Shown here piece by piece: positions 38,428 to 49,084 of a DNA stretch of 64,000 nt (position 1 is the stretch's first letter; each line of letters begins with the position of its first letter). This DNA is from Squalus acanthias (lineage: Eukaryota). Position numbers and translations under genes: made by a program. Below the pieces are notes generated by a model. It saw only the letters and a program-made list of their open reading frames with translations. It ran no database searches and was not told the origin of the DNA. The stretch lies in assembly GCA_030390025.1 (NCBI GenBank), contig JASTWF010000333.1, positions 310,001 through 374,000 on the forward strand, read 5' to 3'.

Positions 38428-41400
38428 TACACCATATTGCTTTATCATTTATGATCTATATTATATCCCCAAATGTATAAAACGATACTTGGACCACAAA
38501 TTATGTGCTGAGAAGGTGCATAAAGCGGTAAAATAAATGCTGAATACAATAAATGGTTACTAGACCAAGCTGTATTTGCAATTAATTTCCCCCTCACCAA
38601 ACTTGTCCATCAATCTTATCTGTATTCTGTTTTTTAAACTGTTTAATTAATTTTCAATGTATGTTGATCCACTCTGTTGCAAGGAGGACAACCTAATTGT
38701 TTCCTTATAGATTATTTTTCCCAACTAGACTTGTAATGTTCAGTGAGCCCTGTGGATAAACAATAAACTCCATTAAGGATTATTGTCTGTGAATAAATCG
38801 TAACACAATATGATCTCCATAAGGTACTGACCTTTTCTAAAGCACCTCTTTGGCCATCTTAATCACAAGGTTTAGAATGTGCAGTCCCTATGGAGTGTCA
38901 TGATTCATTCTTCAATAGGTAAATGTTTCTGTGGTGCAGTTTATAAACTCTTTTGTGCATTGTGCTAATTATCAATAGGGACAATTTTATTGACATCAAC
39001 TTCTATTAAGCATTGAAAGGTTATATCGAGCATGGACGAGCTCTCAAGTGGAGCTTGCCTGCATGACCCCAGCACTGTGCCTCATCTCCAAACTCAAAAG
39101 AGTTAACAGGGATAGTTCAATTACATATGGCTATTGGGGTAAATTTTATGAGTTAGAACTTCAGACGTAGAGTCTCAATTGACAAGACAATTGAACAACT
39201 GGGCTTGGAGGTTAGTGCTCCTGATTTGTGGCCCGTCCTAGTTGGTAAATCAGGCGGGCTGGGAATTGTACACACCAATCCCTGTGCCCGATTGTCCAAT
39301 TTGCCCTATTTGTAAAATATACCTCGCTATTCAATTAAGTTGTGGCTTTTCTGATTCAGAGTGCCTAGGTGTTTTTTAATCCTCTCTGCAGTAATGTTAT
39401 CGCTTCTGGAGGCAACCTGCAATCACTGTTTTCAGTCATTTACCTTCATTACCAGACACAGAGCCATACTTATTAACAAAAGTCAAGTGGATCCTTTTCA
39501 GTTGTTCTGTTGTTTAATTTGCATGATTACGTAGCCATTGCATCAGCTGTCTTAACCTATTTTGGGCAATAAATTATCATTTGAAAAAGCAGAAAGTGAC
39601 TTCCTAATGGTTGGACTGTAAATTAGTGTAATTGCCACACAGTTTTCTGCCCATTTGGCCTTAATGACTGCCAGCAGCACAATTCTGGACTATCAGGTAA
39701 ATTACCAATCCCTCACCTGCAATGGGGAATCCTTGCTCAAAGGCAGCACTGGTCAAAGAAAGGCCCCCAACACAGCAGCCCAGACTCACTGATCTGTGTT
39801 TTCTTTGAGCTGGGAGTGCAGGATCACTGAATGTATCCTCGAAGCTTGGAACAATTCTTTGTGAGGTGGAAACACTAGGCATGGGACCAAGGTTGCCCAA
39901 GTCATTTTTACACATGGCTCATAACTACCATCAAAGATAGGAGACCTCAGACCTCATCCCATCTTGGGGCTAAATTTAAACCAACTGCCAAAGGCCACAA
40001 CAGGAAAATTGGATGAGGAGAATCACACACACACATAATAGATCCCACCCAATCCGCAAAACTACAATTAATACCATTACAAGGTCAAGTATTGATAATT
40101 ACAATAAAAGTAAGCTGATATATAATATCAAGCAGATTCTAAATCACCATAAGCACAATAATAACTTAAGTGTATCACAATGGTTCAGCTATAACTGGGT
40201 TTGCTTAGTAACTGGATAATTAAATTACATTTGATATCTAAGATTAGTGTGGACTTCAGTTTACACTCGGTATTCAAAGTATCACTGACAGATTTCCAGT
40301 GTTATGGCTATTCCTTTATGATGTGAGCATGAAGTTACACAACCTCTTTCCTTGAGTATTAGACTGTTGTGGTGTGAGGCAGATCTACCTTTGTCTGGGT
40401 TGCTTTGGCTTTCCCTCTGGGGACACCAACAATGGGCATTTATCTGTGGCCATTGTTTTCTTTCTTTGATCTTCTCTTCCTAGCTTTAGCTAACTGTGTT
40501 GGGGAAATTGTAACTCCCAGGCAGTCGATCGGTGAAATGCACACAACTGTCACCCGGGATTGTGCTGCGAGAGGACCGGCCTAATTTAACGACCAGGCCT
40601 CACTAAAATAGATGTGGTGAGTTGCCCACCAAAACAAGTGCCCAGAGGCAGTGCACTGAGTTCCAGCCAGCACTCAGATAACTCGTTTGAGGGTGCAGGG
40701 GGGCTTCGCAAATGCGTGGGAGGGGACCAGGAACGTTAGCAGCCAAAGGCTTTCTTTATGGGGCTCGGAGGAGCATTCCTGCTCTCCCTGGACCAACAGA
40801 AATCATTTTTACATTTAACTGGAAAGGCCTCCGTTTCTTTTTAATGAGTGGACTGTCTGCGTCAGATGCTCCGCCCAATATGCCATTAGAATGCCTTTAC
40901 TTGTATTCACATGTATTCACCAGGTTCCCGCCTGAGTCAAGCAGGCGCATCAACTGCCCAAGAAATCAGCAACGTTAAAATGGCTGTGGGGGCGGTAAAA
41001 GAGTGGCAAATGTACCGCTTGAGTTTGTAAAGTTAATTCTTAGAATATCTAAAAGAGATCCCACTTTAGTCAGTGAACCAATTCAGCCACCAGTGTAACT
41101 TTCCAAGGTATCATTCTTCTAAACAGAAATGTGCCAGAAATGAGAATTGCCAGATTTGAATGGAGTTTACAAAACTCAGATTTCCCATTATCTCTCTATT
41201 CCTTTATTCCTTCCCAGACCTTAAGTCACTAGCAAGGAGGCATCTCCTCTGATAGCAGTTTTCTTCTAAGATCTCAAATAGCTCATTAAGGCGTTGCTTG
41301 GAGATGTGCTGTGATAGCAGCTTTTTGAAAGTCCCATTAAGTGTCAGCTGTTTAACTCACAGCACATGAATTGATCTTTGCTCTTCATTGCTAGAAGGCC

Positions 41401-44056
41401 CAGCTCAAGTTGGTACAAGAATGCTAATTAAGCCTAGCTATACCAGAATGTATGCCTTGTGTGTCTTATGAAGATATCCCAGAATGTGATTAATCCTTCA
41501 CCTTGAGCATTTCCTACACTTACAATGAAAGCTGTGTTTGAAGATGTCTCTTGGAGCCAACACATTTTACCCTTTCTGTCATTGTAGGCCTGGAAGAGCA
41601 GCCTGCCAGAACTGCCAGTGGCAGAGAACAAGACAACACTTAACAGAACCCTGCATCCCCTCTCATCAATGTTTGCAAGCACTGGCACAGCTTCACACAT
41701 CCCAGAGGATGCAGTTAGCGAGCTTGCAGAGGTAGCACCGGGTAAAGCACAGTGCACAAGTGAGGTGGAACAAGTGGGAGTACCTGAGGAGGAGCGTGAA
41801 CCTGTTGCCTAGATGATTACATGGTTGCTGTTAATGACCCCCTGTACTTTGGAAAGTGCGGTGAAATTGGCAGACATGTAATGCGCCTCTTCCTGTTCAG
41901 TGGGAAAGAAGATGAAAGTGCTGGACCTAAGAACATAGGATCATTAAGAGCAGGAGTAGGCCATTCAGCCCCTCAAGCTTGCTCCGCCATTCAATTCGAT
42001 CATGGCTGATCTGCACCTCAACTGATGATCAATTTAACGGGTGGGAGTACATTAACCACTGCTCCAAATAACGCCTATGTTAGCCTCAAAGGAGGCCCAG
42101 GCAGAAAAGTTGAGAGTGATGATTACCTTGACTGCTGCCAGCAGTGCTGTTCCTATGGTGCGGGTTGCTGGCAGTGTCTTTGCAGCAGAATGCACAGCTG
42201 CGTCACTGCTTCCCTGCTGACCTGAGGAGGCAGTTGTCTCTGGAAATTGCTAGGTAGGGCCTACAGATACAATTGGTGGCGTAATGGTAAGTGCAGGCAA
42301 TTAATTTCTGGTAGCTGATGAGCTCCCTGATAGGCCTTCTTGCATCATGTACTACTTCAACCATACTTTAAAAACAACCACATTATTAATTTTACCATCA
42401 CCTGGTACATATCTCTGTGGCTTACAGTTAGATACCTTGTCCCTTCTGATATTTTTAGTGATAGAATATTAAAAATGAAGCCGTCATTTGCACCAACTGT
42501 AAACTCTACACAGATTCAAGCACAGGGTGAAGGAGGACGGGAGATGAAAATGCGGAAAAGAAATGCATAAAAATATTGCGAGTAGTGTTAGTATTCTATG
42601 TGTGTTAGATATTCTGCAGGGTTAGCTGATGACTTTTTATGAGCATGTCCTTCATGTAAATCAGATTATAACCTTATAGATTTTTTGAGTCATTTCAACT
42701 ACACTAAGGTGAGTGTAATAATCACCACTACTTACTTAGCGCAGCCTTAACATTCAGTCTTTGGATTTGAAATATTTTGCTGTAATTGAATCTGAACTTG
42801 CTTCTCCTCCATTACCTCTTTGCATTATTCAGCAATACAAACATGATTTAGCTATGGAAGGATTTCATTTTAACTTGATTGTATTACTAATAGGCTTTCT
42901 CTGCTTCCACAGGCACCAGTGTAGCGGGAGATGTGTCGTCATTTTGCCTGCCAGCTATATGGCATGAAAAAGTTTAACGATAGTTAGTCTTGCCTCACTT
43001 TGATAAGGCCTCTTTAGTTATGTTTTCTGTCCTTATTATAGATGTTAAAAATGAAAATACACAGGGGACTGGAAACACTTCTGGAAATTTACAGAATTTA
43101 AGTCCATGCAGAATTATTTTCCAGAATCTGTCATAAAATAACAAGCTTTTCCAGCTAATTCATTATTCCTTACATCGGAGCTATTGCTTATTACAAAGTA
43201 TTACAATGTATTTTTTAAATTAGTTTATGGGATGTGGGCGTCGCTGGCAAGGCCAGCATCTATTGCCCATCCCTAGTTGCCCTTGAGAAGGTGGTGGTGA
43301 GCTGCCTTCTTGAACCGCTGCAGTCCGTGTGGTGAAGGTACTCCCACAGTGCTGTTACGGAGGGAGTTCCAGGGTTTTGACCCAGCGATGATGAAGGAAC
43401 GGCGATATACTTCCAAGTCAGGGAGGTGTGGGACGTGGGGGGAAACTTGGAGGTGATGGTGTTCCCATGCGCCTGCTGCCCTTGTCCTTCTAGGTGGTAG
43501 AGGTCGTGGGTTTGGGAGGTGCTGTCGAAGGAGCCTTGGCGAGTTGCTGCAGCGCGTCTTGTAGATGGTACACACTGCAGCCATGGTGCGCCAGTGGTGG
43601 AGGGAGTGAATGTTTAAGGTGGTGGAGGGGGTGCCAATGAAGCGGGCTACTTTGTCCTGGATGGTGTCGAGCTTCTAGAGTGTTGTTGGAGCTGCACTCA
43701 TCCAGGCAAGTGGAGAGTATTCCATCACAGTCCTGACTTGTGCCTTGTAGATGGTGGAAAGGCTTTGGGGAGTCAGGAGGTGAGACACTCGCCACAGAAT
43801 ACCCAGCCTCTGACCTGCTCATGTAGCCACAGTATTTATGTGGCTGGTCCAGTTAAGTTTCTGGTCAATGGTGACCCCCAGGATGTTGATCGTGAGGGAT
43901 TCGGCGATGGTAATGCCGTTGAATGTCAAGAGGCGGTGGTTAGACTCTCTCTTGTTAGAGATAGTCATTGCCTGGCACTTGTGTGGCGCGAATGTTACTT
44001 GCCACTTATCAGCCTGAATGTCGTACAGGTCTAGTTGCCTGCGGGCATGGACTGCT

Positions 44057-45779
44057 TGTAGAATTCGCAATATATCGCGATTTGATTAATAAGGAGAAAA
44101 CACAAAGTTTCGTTCAAACAGCTTTTATTTCAGCAGAATGCTGGCAGGTTTAAATTGGACACAAGCAGCCTGTAAAATGGCCGCCGCACCTCGTGACAGA
44201 ACATTCTAGACTTTTCAACAGGCAGACAAGATGGCGTTCCATTAAACATTTGTGCAAGATCGATAACGATTCAGCACAGTGAAGATAATACACGAGACAT
44301 TATGGGTTTGCAGTATAAACATAGATACTGGAATCGGTCTCCCAGGTACAAAGGAAAGCCATTGTACCGAGTAATCAAGGGCCCATCCAAAAGACATTAA
44401 TATGTAAAATCCCAACGACTCTACGATGAGAGAGCTGTTAGCAGGTAGTTATACAGGACACTTGGAAGCCCCAAACCCCTCCAGGGAGAACACCGACCGA
44501 TTTAACAATGGGAGAAATATTAACAGGTACTCAGACATTTATGAGTAGCCCCGAAACCCATTAAGAACGGAGATCACCCATACAAGACATTTGGGCGCCA
44601 AACCCTAAACAAAAGAATGGACATTATAGTTGGGCGGGAAACGGAAGATTTTTGCACTATAATTGCAGGCTCCAAACCGTCCATTCTCTCTCTTGCTCTT
44701 GCATTCGCTCGCTTGCTCCTGTGTTTTTATCCGGTCGATTCGTAACCTCGTGGCTGCTCCTGTGTACTCGTAGTTGGGCTTCGGCTTGCCTGTTGCCTCT
44801 TCTGAAAAGACTGTTGAACTTTCTGATCCGTTCGGATCTACCTCGTGTCGCGTAACGAAGACCTATGTTGGTAACTGGCAGCGGAACCAAAGGCCCGAGA
44901 TGAGATGAGATGAGATGAGATGAGATGAGAAGAGAGGAAGACCATATCCATCGCCACGGTCAGTAAATCCCGACCGCGCCTGTAGGTCGATCAGCCAAGT
45001 TTTCCTCGCCAGGAAGATTTCTATTTTGAACTTTTAACAAAACATATTGCATCGACGATAACGGGACTGTGTCCAAGGAGATTGGAACGTGAAAACACAT
45101 CGTATCGATGATATTGACAACTGTGCTCCAAGAGTACCTGTTAAACCAACCAACACAGGTCTTCATCACAGCAGACGGTCCAGCCTGCTAGCCGGAGCAG
45201 CAGAAGCAAGTAAACAAGTGGGACCAGGAGATCTCCTGACCGACACGTGGGTGCTGCGGTGAAAAACATCCGATCAGCTATTCGGAATTTCTCCGAGTTA
45301 TCACGAGTGGTGAGCATGAGTCTCGAGATCCTACGAAGCTAGTTTAGGATAGATATTGATAGGGGAGGGTTTAAGGATTAAGGATATTTGTAATGTGTGC
45401 CCCTATTTACTTTGTGCCGTTCGTTCCTCGTTTCCCTAAGATCGACTATATAACTGTTTGTAAGATTGTACTGTCATTAATCTGTGCTTATGACATGTAT
45501 TTCATAATCTTAAGTATCATGCAATAAAGATTTTCCATTTCGTACCATTCAAACCAAGTCTACATGAGTTTTATCTCCATTACTGCTCTCGCATCTAAGT
45601 CCAGTGTCTAGAACCGTAAGGGAGAGTGATTCGAACCACTCACAGGTGTGTCTAGTGTTCCCAGACTGGCTGGAGACCAGAACAGGCAACCAGGCCTAGA
45701 CCCGCACTGACATACAGGCTGCACAGAGCCGCGTGAATCTCACAGGCTGCGAGACACGCAGGGTCAGGAATCCCTTACA
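44057..45779 (+). repeat. 5' LTR
   Basis: Starts TGTAGAATTC, ends CCCTTACA. Candidate TATATAA at 45447-45453, AATAAA at 45523-45528, internal (GAGAT)n tract. Confidence 0.95.
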
Positions 45780-45783
45780 GAAA

Positions 45784-47595
45784 ATGGCGACCGCGGCAGG
45801 ACACTGGCAGCGAGAGGGTAGTGTGTTAGATTTTGGAATGACTGTACGAAATGTTATGCAGGAAAAGATAGCGGATTATGTGTTTGGAAAGGTTAATCTA
45901 ACTAAGAAGTGGATAAGTGAATTGTTAGCGGATAAGAGCCCACTAGAGGCAGCTGAAAGGTGGACAGATAGTAAAGAACATAGAAAGACACTTGAGAAAG
46001 CAGTCTGGCTTATGTGCTACAAAAGGCAGGTTCAGATTTCAAACCAGACCATTACAGCGCTAGTAGCTCGAATCAGTCATTTAGAGGGAGAAATGGAGGA
46101 GAAGGTTTCTGGAGGAGAGGTGCTCATTAAGAATTTAAATGAGTTACACCAAGAAAGCCAGGAAGTCTCCAGTCACCTTAAAACAAGGATAGATTATCTC
46201 GAGTGCCAGGTCACTGAGGCAAAATTGAATGAGAGCAGGTTAAAGGAAAGATGTAACCGCCAAGCTGCCCAGATAAGAACTCAAGAAGAGAGCTTAATGG
46301 GGGTTAGGTCGGCATATAAGTTGGCCCTTGAGGATAAGTTTCAGGGAGCCGACCATAGCGCCTGCCAAAGGGAGATAGAGAACCTCAAAAAGGCCGTGAA
46401 CAATGCGAACGGCATGGTGTGCCTTATCAATCCGTCGGCGCACCAGCCGCTAGTAAATGAGAGATTTAGAAAATCCCCACCAAGTAAAGCAGAAGAAGTA
46501 GTAGCCACTGCGCCCTCCGCGCCACCCAGCTATTCAGAAACCTGGGTTAGGGAGGAAGCAATGGAAGAAACAAAAGAGCCCATTGAAAAGGAAGTAGAAA
46601 AGGGATCGCTGTATCCAGTAACGGGTATTAAAAGGGGCCCAAGCAGAAACGGTGGGGAAGAACCGGGGGATCTCCTCGGACAGCTGGTGTTGCCTCACAG
46701 TTCACATCAGCTGAGAGCTATGATAAATCACGTACGGAAGCTGACCGAGATAGACGACCCTTCCGTACATTTCAGAGAAGTTGAGCAAGCCGCAGCCATT
46801 AACGGCTGCGATGATGGGGAGACAGCAAAAATGCTGCTGTTCTCATTAGACAGCTCGGTCCTTCAGTGTCTCTCAGGCGAGAGCAAGAGGGGAAACAAGA
46901 GTTATGAGGAATTAAAGAATGAGGTCCTAGAAGTGTTGGGGGCGAACGACGGAGGTCCGTTTGCTAGAGTGGGACAGACAGTGCAGATGGAGGGAGAACC
47001 CCCGAAGGTTTTTGCCGACAGGCTGTGGCCAGTATATGAGCGCAGCTGTCTAGGTGCGCCCGAGCGCGAAGATGTGGAAGGCGCCGCTTTAACTCATTGG
47101 CTTAGGTGCATAATAGCCAACAGTTTACCAGCCGTTAGAGAGCAGGCAAAAGCATGGTTTGATCCCAATGACCTCAACCTTACGGAAGAGTCGGTCTTGA
47201 ATCGACTCACGTTAGGTTATCGCAATATAAGGGGTATGACGACACGTCCCCTTAAGGGAAGAGTACATGAGGTACGACCCGCAGCCCCGTATCAAAGAGA
47301 GTGGCATCAGGAGGGTAATCGCGCCCCACAGGCAAGTAATGCTTGTTACGGGTGTGGGAAGACAGGGCACTGGCGCAAGCATTGCAGGAACCCTTGGAAG
47401 GATTCCAAGGATAAAAATCCCGCGGTCCGAGCCCAGGCGCCTGTCCCGGCTAAGGAAGCCAAGGCACCCACCCCTCCCGACGACCTCGAAGCAGTGTTAG
47501 GAGCCATGCGCAAGCTGGTCTTGAATGCGCGTGGACAGGTGGCGGTCGCAACCGGCCCCGTAGGTGCCGCAGGACCGTCTAATAGTACCCAATGA
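45784..47595 (+). CDS. gag: Gag polyprotein (about 603 aa)
   Basis: Open frame with N-terminal coiled coil, overlapping PSAP/PPSY late-domain motifs (46513-46533), MHR-like QMEGEPPKVFADRL, CCHC knuckle CYGCGKTGHWRKHC. Start taken at the first ATG (strong context AAAATGG). Confidence 0.9.
   Translation: MATAAGHWQREGSVLDFGMTVRNVMQEKIADYVFGKVNLTKKWISELLADKSPLEAAERWTDSKEHRKTLEKAVWLMCYKRQVQISNQTITALVARISHLEGEMEEKVSGGEVLIKNLNELHQESQEVSSHLKTRIDYLECQVTEAKLNESRLKERCNRQAAQIRTQEESLMGVRSAYKLALEDKFQGADHSACQREIENLKKAVNNANGMVCLINPSAHQPLVNERFRKSPPSKAEEVVATAPSAPPSYSETWVREEAMEETKEPIEKEVEKGSLYPVTGIKRGPSRNGGEEPGDLLGQLVLPHSSHQLRAMINHVRKLTEIDDPSVHFREVEQAAAINGCDDGETAKMLLFSLDSSVLQCLSGESKRGNKSYEELKNEVLEVLGANDGGPFARVGQTVQMEGEPPKVFADRLWPVYERSCLGAPEREDVEGAALTHWLRCIIANSLPAVREQAKAWFDPNDLNLTEESVLNRLTLGYRNIRGMTTRPLKGRVHEVRPAAPYQREWHQEGNRAPQASNACYGCGKTGHWRKHCRNPWKDSKDKNPAVRAQAPVPAKEAKAPTPPDDLEAVLGAMRKLVLNARGQVAVATGPVGAAGPSNSTQ
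45785..45802 (+). promoter_or_regulatory. Primer binding site, tRNA-Arg(TCG)-type
   Basis: TGGCGACCGCGGCAGGAC is the reverse complement of GTCCTGCCGCGGTCG-CCA, which I recall as the 3' end of a vertebrate tRNA-Arg(TCG); lies 5 nt after the LTR end. Confidence 0.85.
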
Positions 47596-48744
47596 CTAGA
47601 GCCCACGCAGCCTGCCTACCTGTGTCCTTTTAAAAGACACGCACAGGAGGGGGTCTGCGGTGAGGAGGCCAGGTTAAAAGAGCAGGCCTTGCGGGAGGAG
47701 AACGCCCGCTTAATAGGGAAAATAGATGGGCTGGAAGGGCAGCTTAGAGAGCAGGCCCTGCGGGAGGAGAACGCCCGATCAATGGGAAAGTTAGACGTGC
47801 TCAGGCTAGAAGGGCAGCTTAGAGAGATAAAAGCAGCCTACAGGGTAGCCAAAAGCCGGGAGTACGAGGATGTAAACCAGTGCAAACTGTACAAGCCAGG
47901 TGCGCAAGGGAAAACTACAGGGGTAAATCCCGCCAATGGGAAAGCACAGCCCCAGGTAGGACCACAAGGCACACAGGCAGGCATAGCAGCTTGTATCAGG
48001 GGAAGGGACATCCCGGACGATCATGCAGCGTTTTTCTGGAGTTGGGGGTTAGATGAGGAAGAACCCAGGGTACCCTGGTCAGATGAGGATAGTGCAGATG
48101 AGCATAGTGATGATGACGGGTGGTTCCTGAGGAACGGTCTGGAGGGAATGGGGCCTATAGGTAGAGATCCACACAGGGTGGACACACAAGCTGCAGGTCC
48201 CGAGGACAGGAGGGAGGAGCTAGAGGAGGCAGGGCCAGCCGCTATAGGAGCACAGAGAGTACCGATGTGGCTCCCAGAGATGTGGCCGCCCGCTTTGAAC
48301 GTCCAGTCCTCAGGGGAGGCAGAGATCACGAGTGAAGGGCCGCTTGCTGGGCCGAGCAGGGCGGAGCCACGAACTGCCAGCCCCGAGGTTAGGGAGGCGG
48401 AGTCAGCGGAGGCGGAGCCGGCGACTGTGATGGAACCCCAGGTCATCCCGTTGGAGGTCTCGGAACCCGGTCCGTCCGTCACGGAACCCCCGCCCATAGC
48501 AACTCCCCGTAGGTCAAGTAGAGAACCCCAGCCCAGGAGGATGTGGTCATGTCCCCAGACTGCCCCAAGGCGTAGACTTCAGGTTAAGATAACCCGGGTA
48601 CAGACCGGCCACATCGCAGCAGTAACAGGCTGCGGCAGATCAGAGGGAAGGGTCAGCGCAGCAATAGGCTGCGGCAGATCAGAGGGAAGGGTCAGTGCCC
48701 TCCCACCGTCGGGAAGAGCTCGCAGCAGCCTTCTCAGAGTTTAA
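47596..48744 (+). CDS. ORF X, in-frame readthrough extension of gag in the position normally held by pol (382 codons, unknown function)
   Basis: No stop from the codon after the gag TGA to 48744; TGA-CTAG context; no protease, YxDD, RNase H or DDE motifs visible. Confidence 0.65.
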   Translation, partial: LEPTQPAYLCPFKRHAQEGVCGEEARLKEQALREENARLIGKIDGLEGQLREQALREENARSMGKLDVLRLEGQLREIKAAYRVAKSREYEDVNQCKLYKPGAQGKTTGVNPANGKAQPQVGPQGTQAGIAACIRGRDIPDDHAAFFWSWGLDEEEPRVPWSDEDSADEHSDDDGWFLRNGLEGMGPIGRDPHRVDTQAAGPEDRREELEEAGPAAIGAQRVPMWLPEMWPPALNVQSSGEAEITSEGPLAGPSRAEPRTASPEVREAESAEAEPATVMEPQVIPLEVSEPGPSVTEPPPIATPRRSSREPQPRRMWSCPQTAPRRRLQVKITRVQTGHIAAVTGCGRSEGRVSAAIGCGRSEGRVSALPPSGRARSSLLRV

Positions 48745-49084
48745 AGGGGCCGCCCTGAGAACGGGCGGCACTGTAAAGTTATAGTTCTAAGTTTTAAGTT
48801 TATAAGTAACAAGGTTAAGTTTTAAGTTTATAGTAACAAGGTTAAGTTTTAAGTTTATAGTTCAAGGTTAAGGTTGTAGTTTTAATAAGGCTAAGTTTGT
48901 AGTGTTTTTAACAGAAAACGATAAAATGATGGGAGTTTTAAGGTTAGGTTTAGAGGAAGCTTATTCAGCAAACGTTGAAGTTTACGTGAGGCGAGGTCAG
49001 GGGACCCGCTCACCCTTCACAAAAGCCAGAGACTCTTGCGAGGCTGGCTACCTCATTCTATCTGATCACAGGAACCAAGGAAGG

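Noticed and set aside
44116..44965. APOBEC-type G-to-A hypermutation of the 5' LTR
   Set aside because: It would need an enzyme sparing GA while hitting GG, GT and GC. Base composition and the GAGAT repeat indicate the A state is ancestral. Not fully excluded without a family consensus.
45733..45783. Upstream GTG start for gag
   Set aside because: Lies within U5; the first ATG in strong context is at 45784.
48480..48600. Integrase remnant in ORF X
   Set aside because: Only a PRRSSR-type tail is present; no HHCC, DDE or GPY/F motif.
48902..49084. 61-codon N-terminal extension of env
   Set aside because: A typical signal peptide begins at ATG 49085 after a candidate acceptor. Upstream in-frame ATGs exist, so a foamy-like leader peptide is not strictly excluded.
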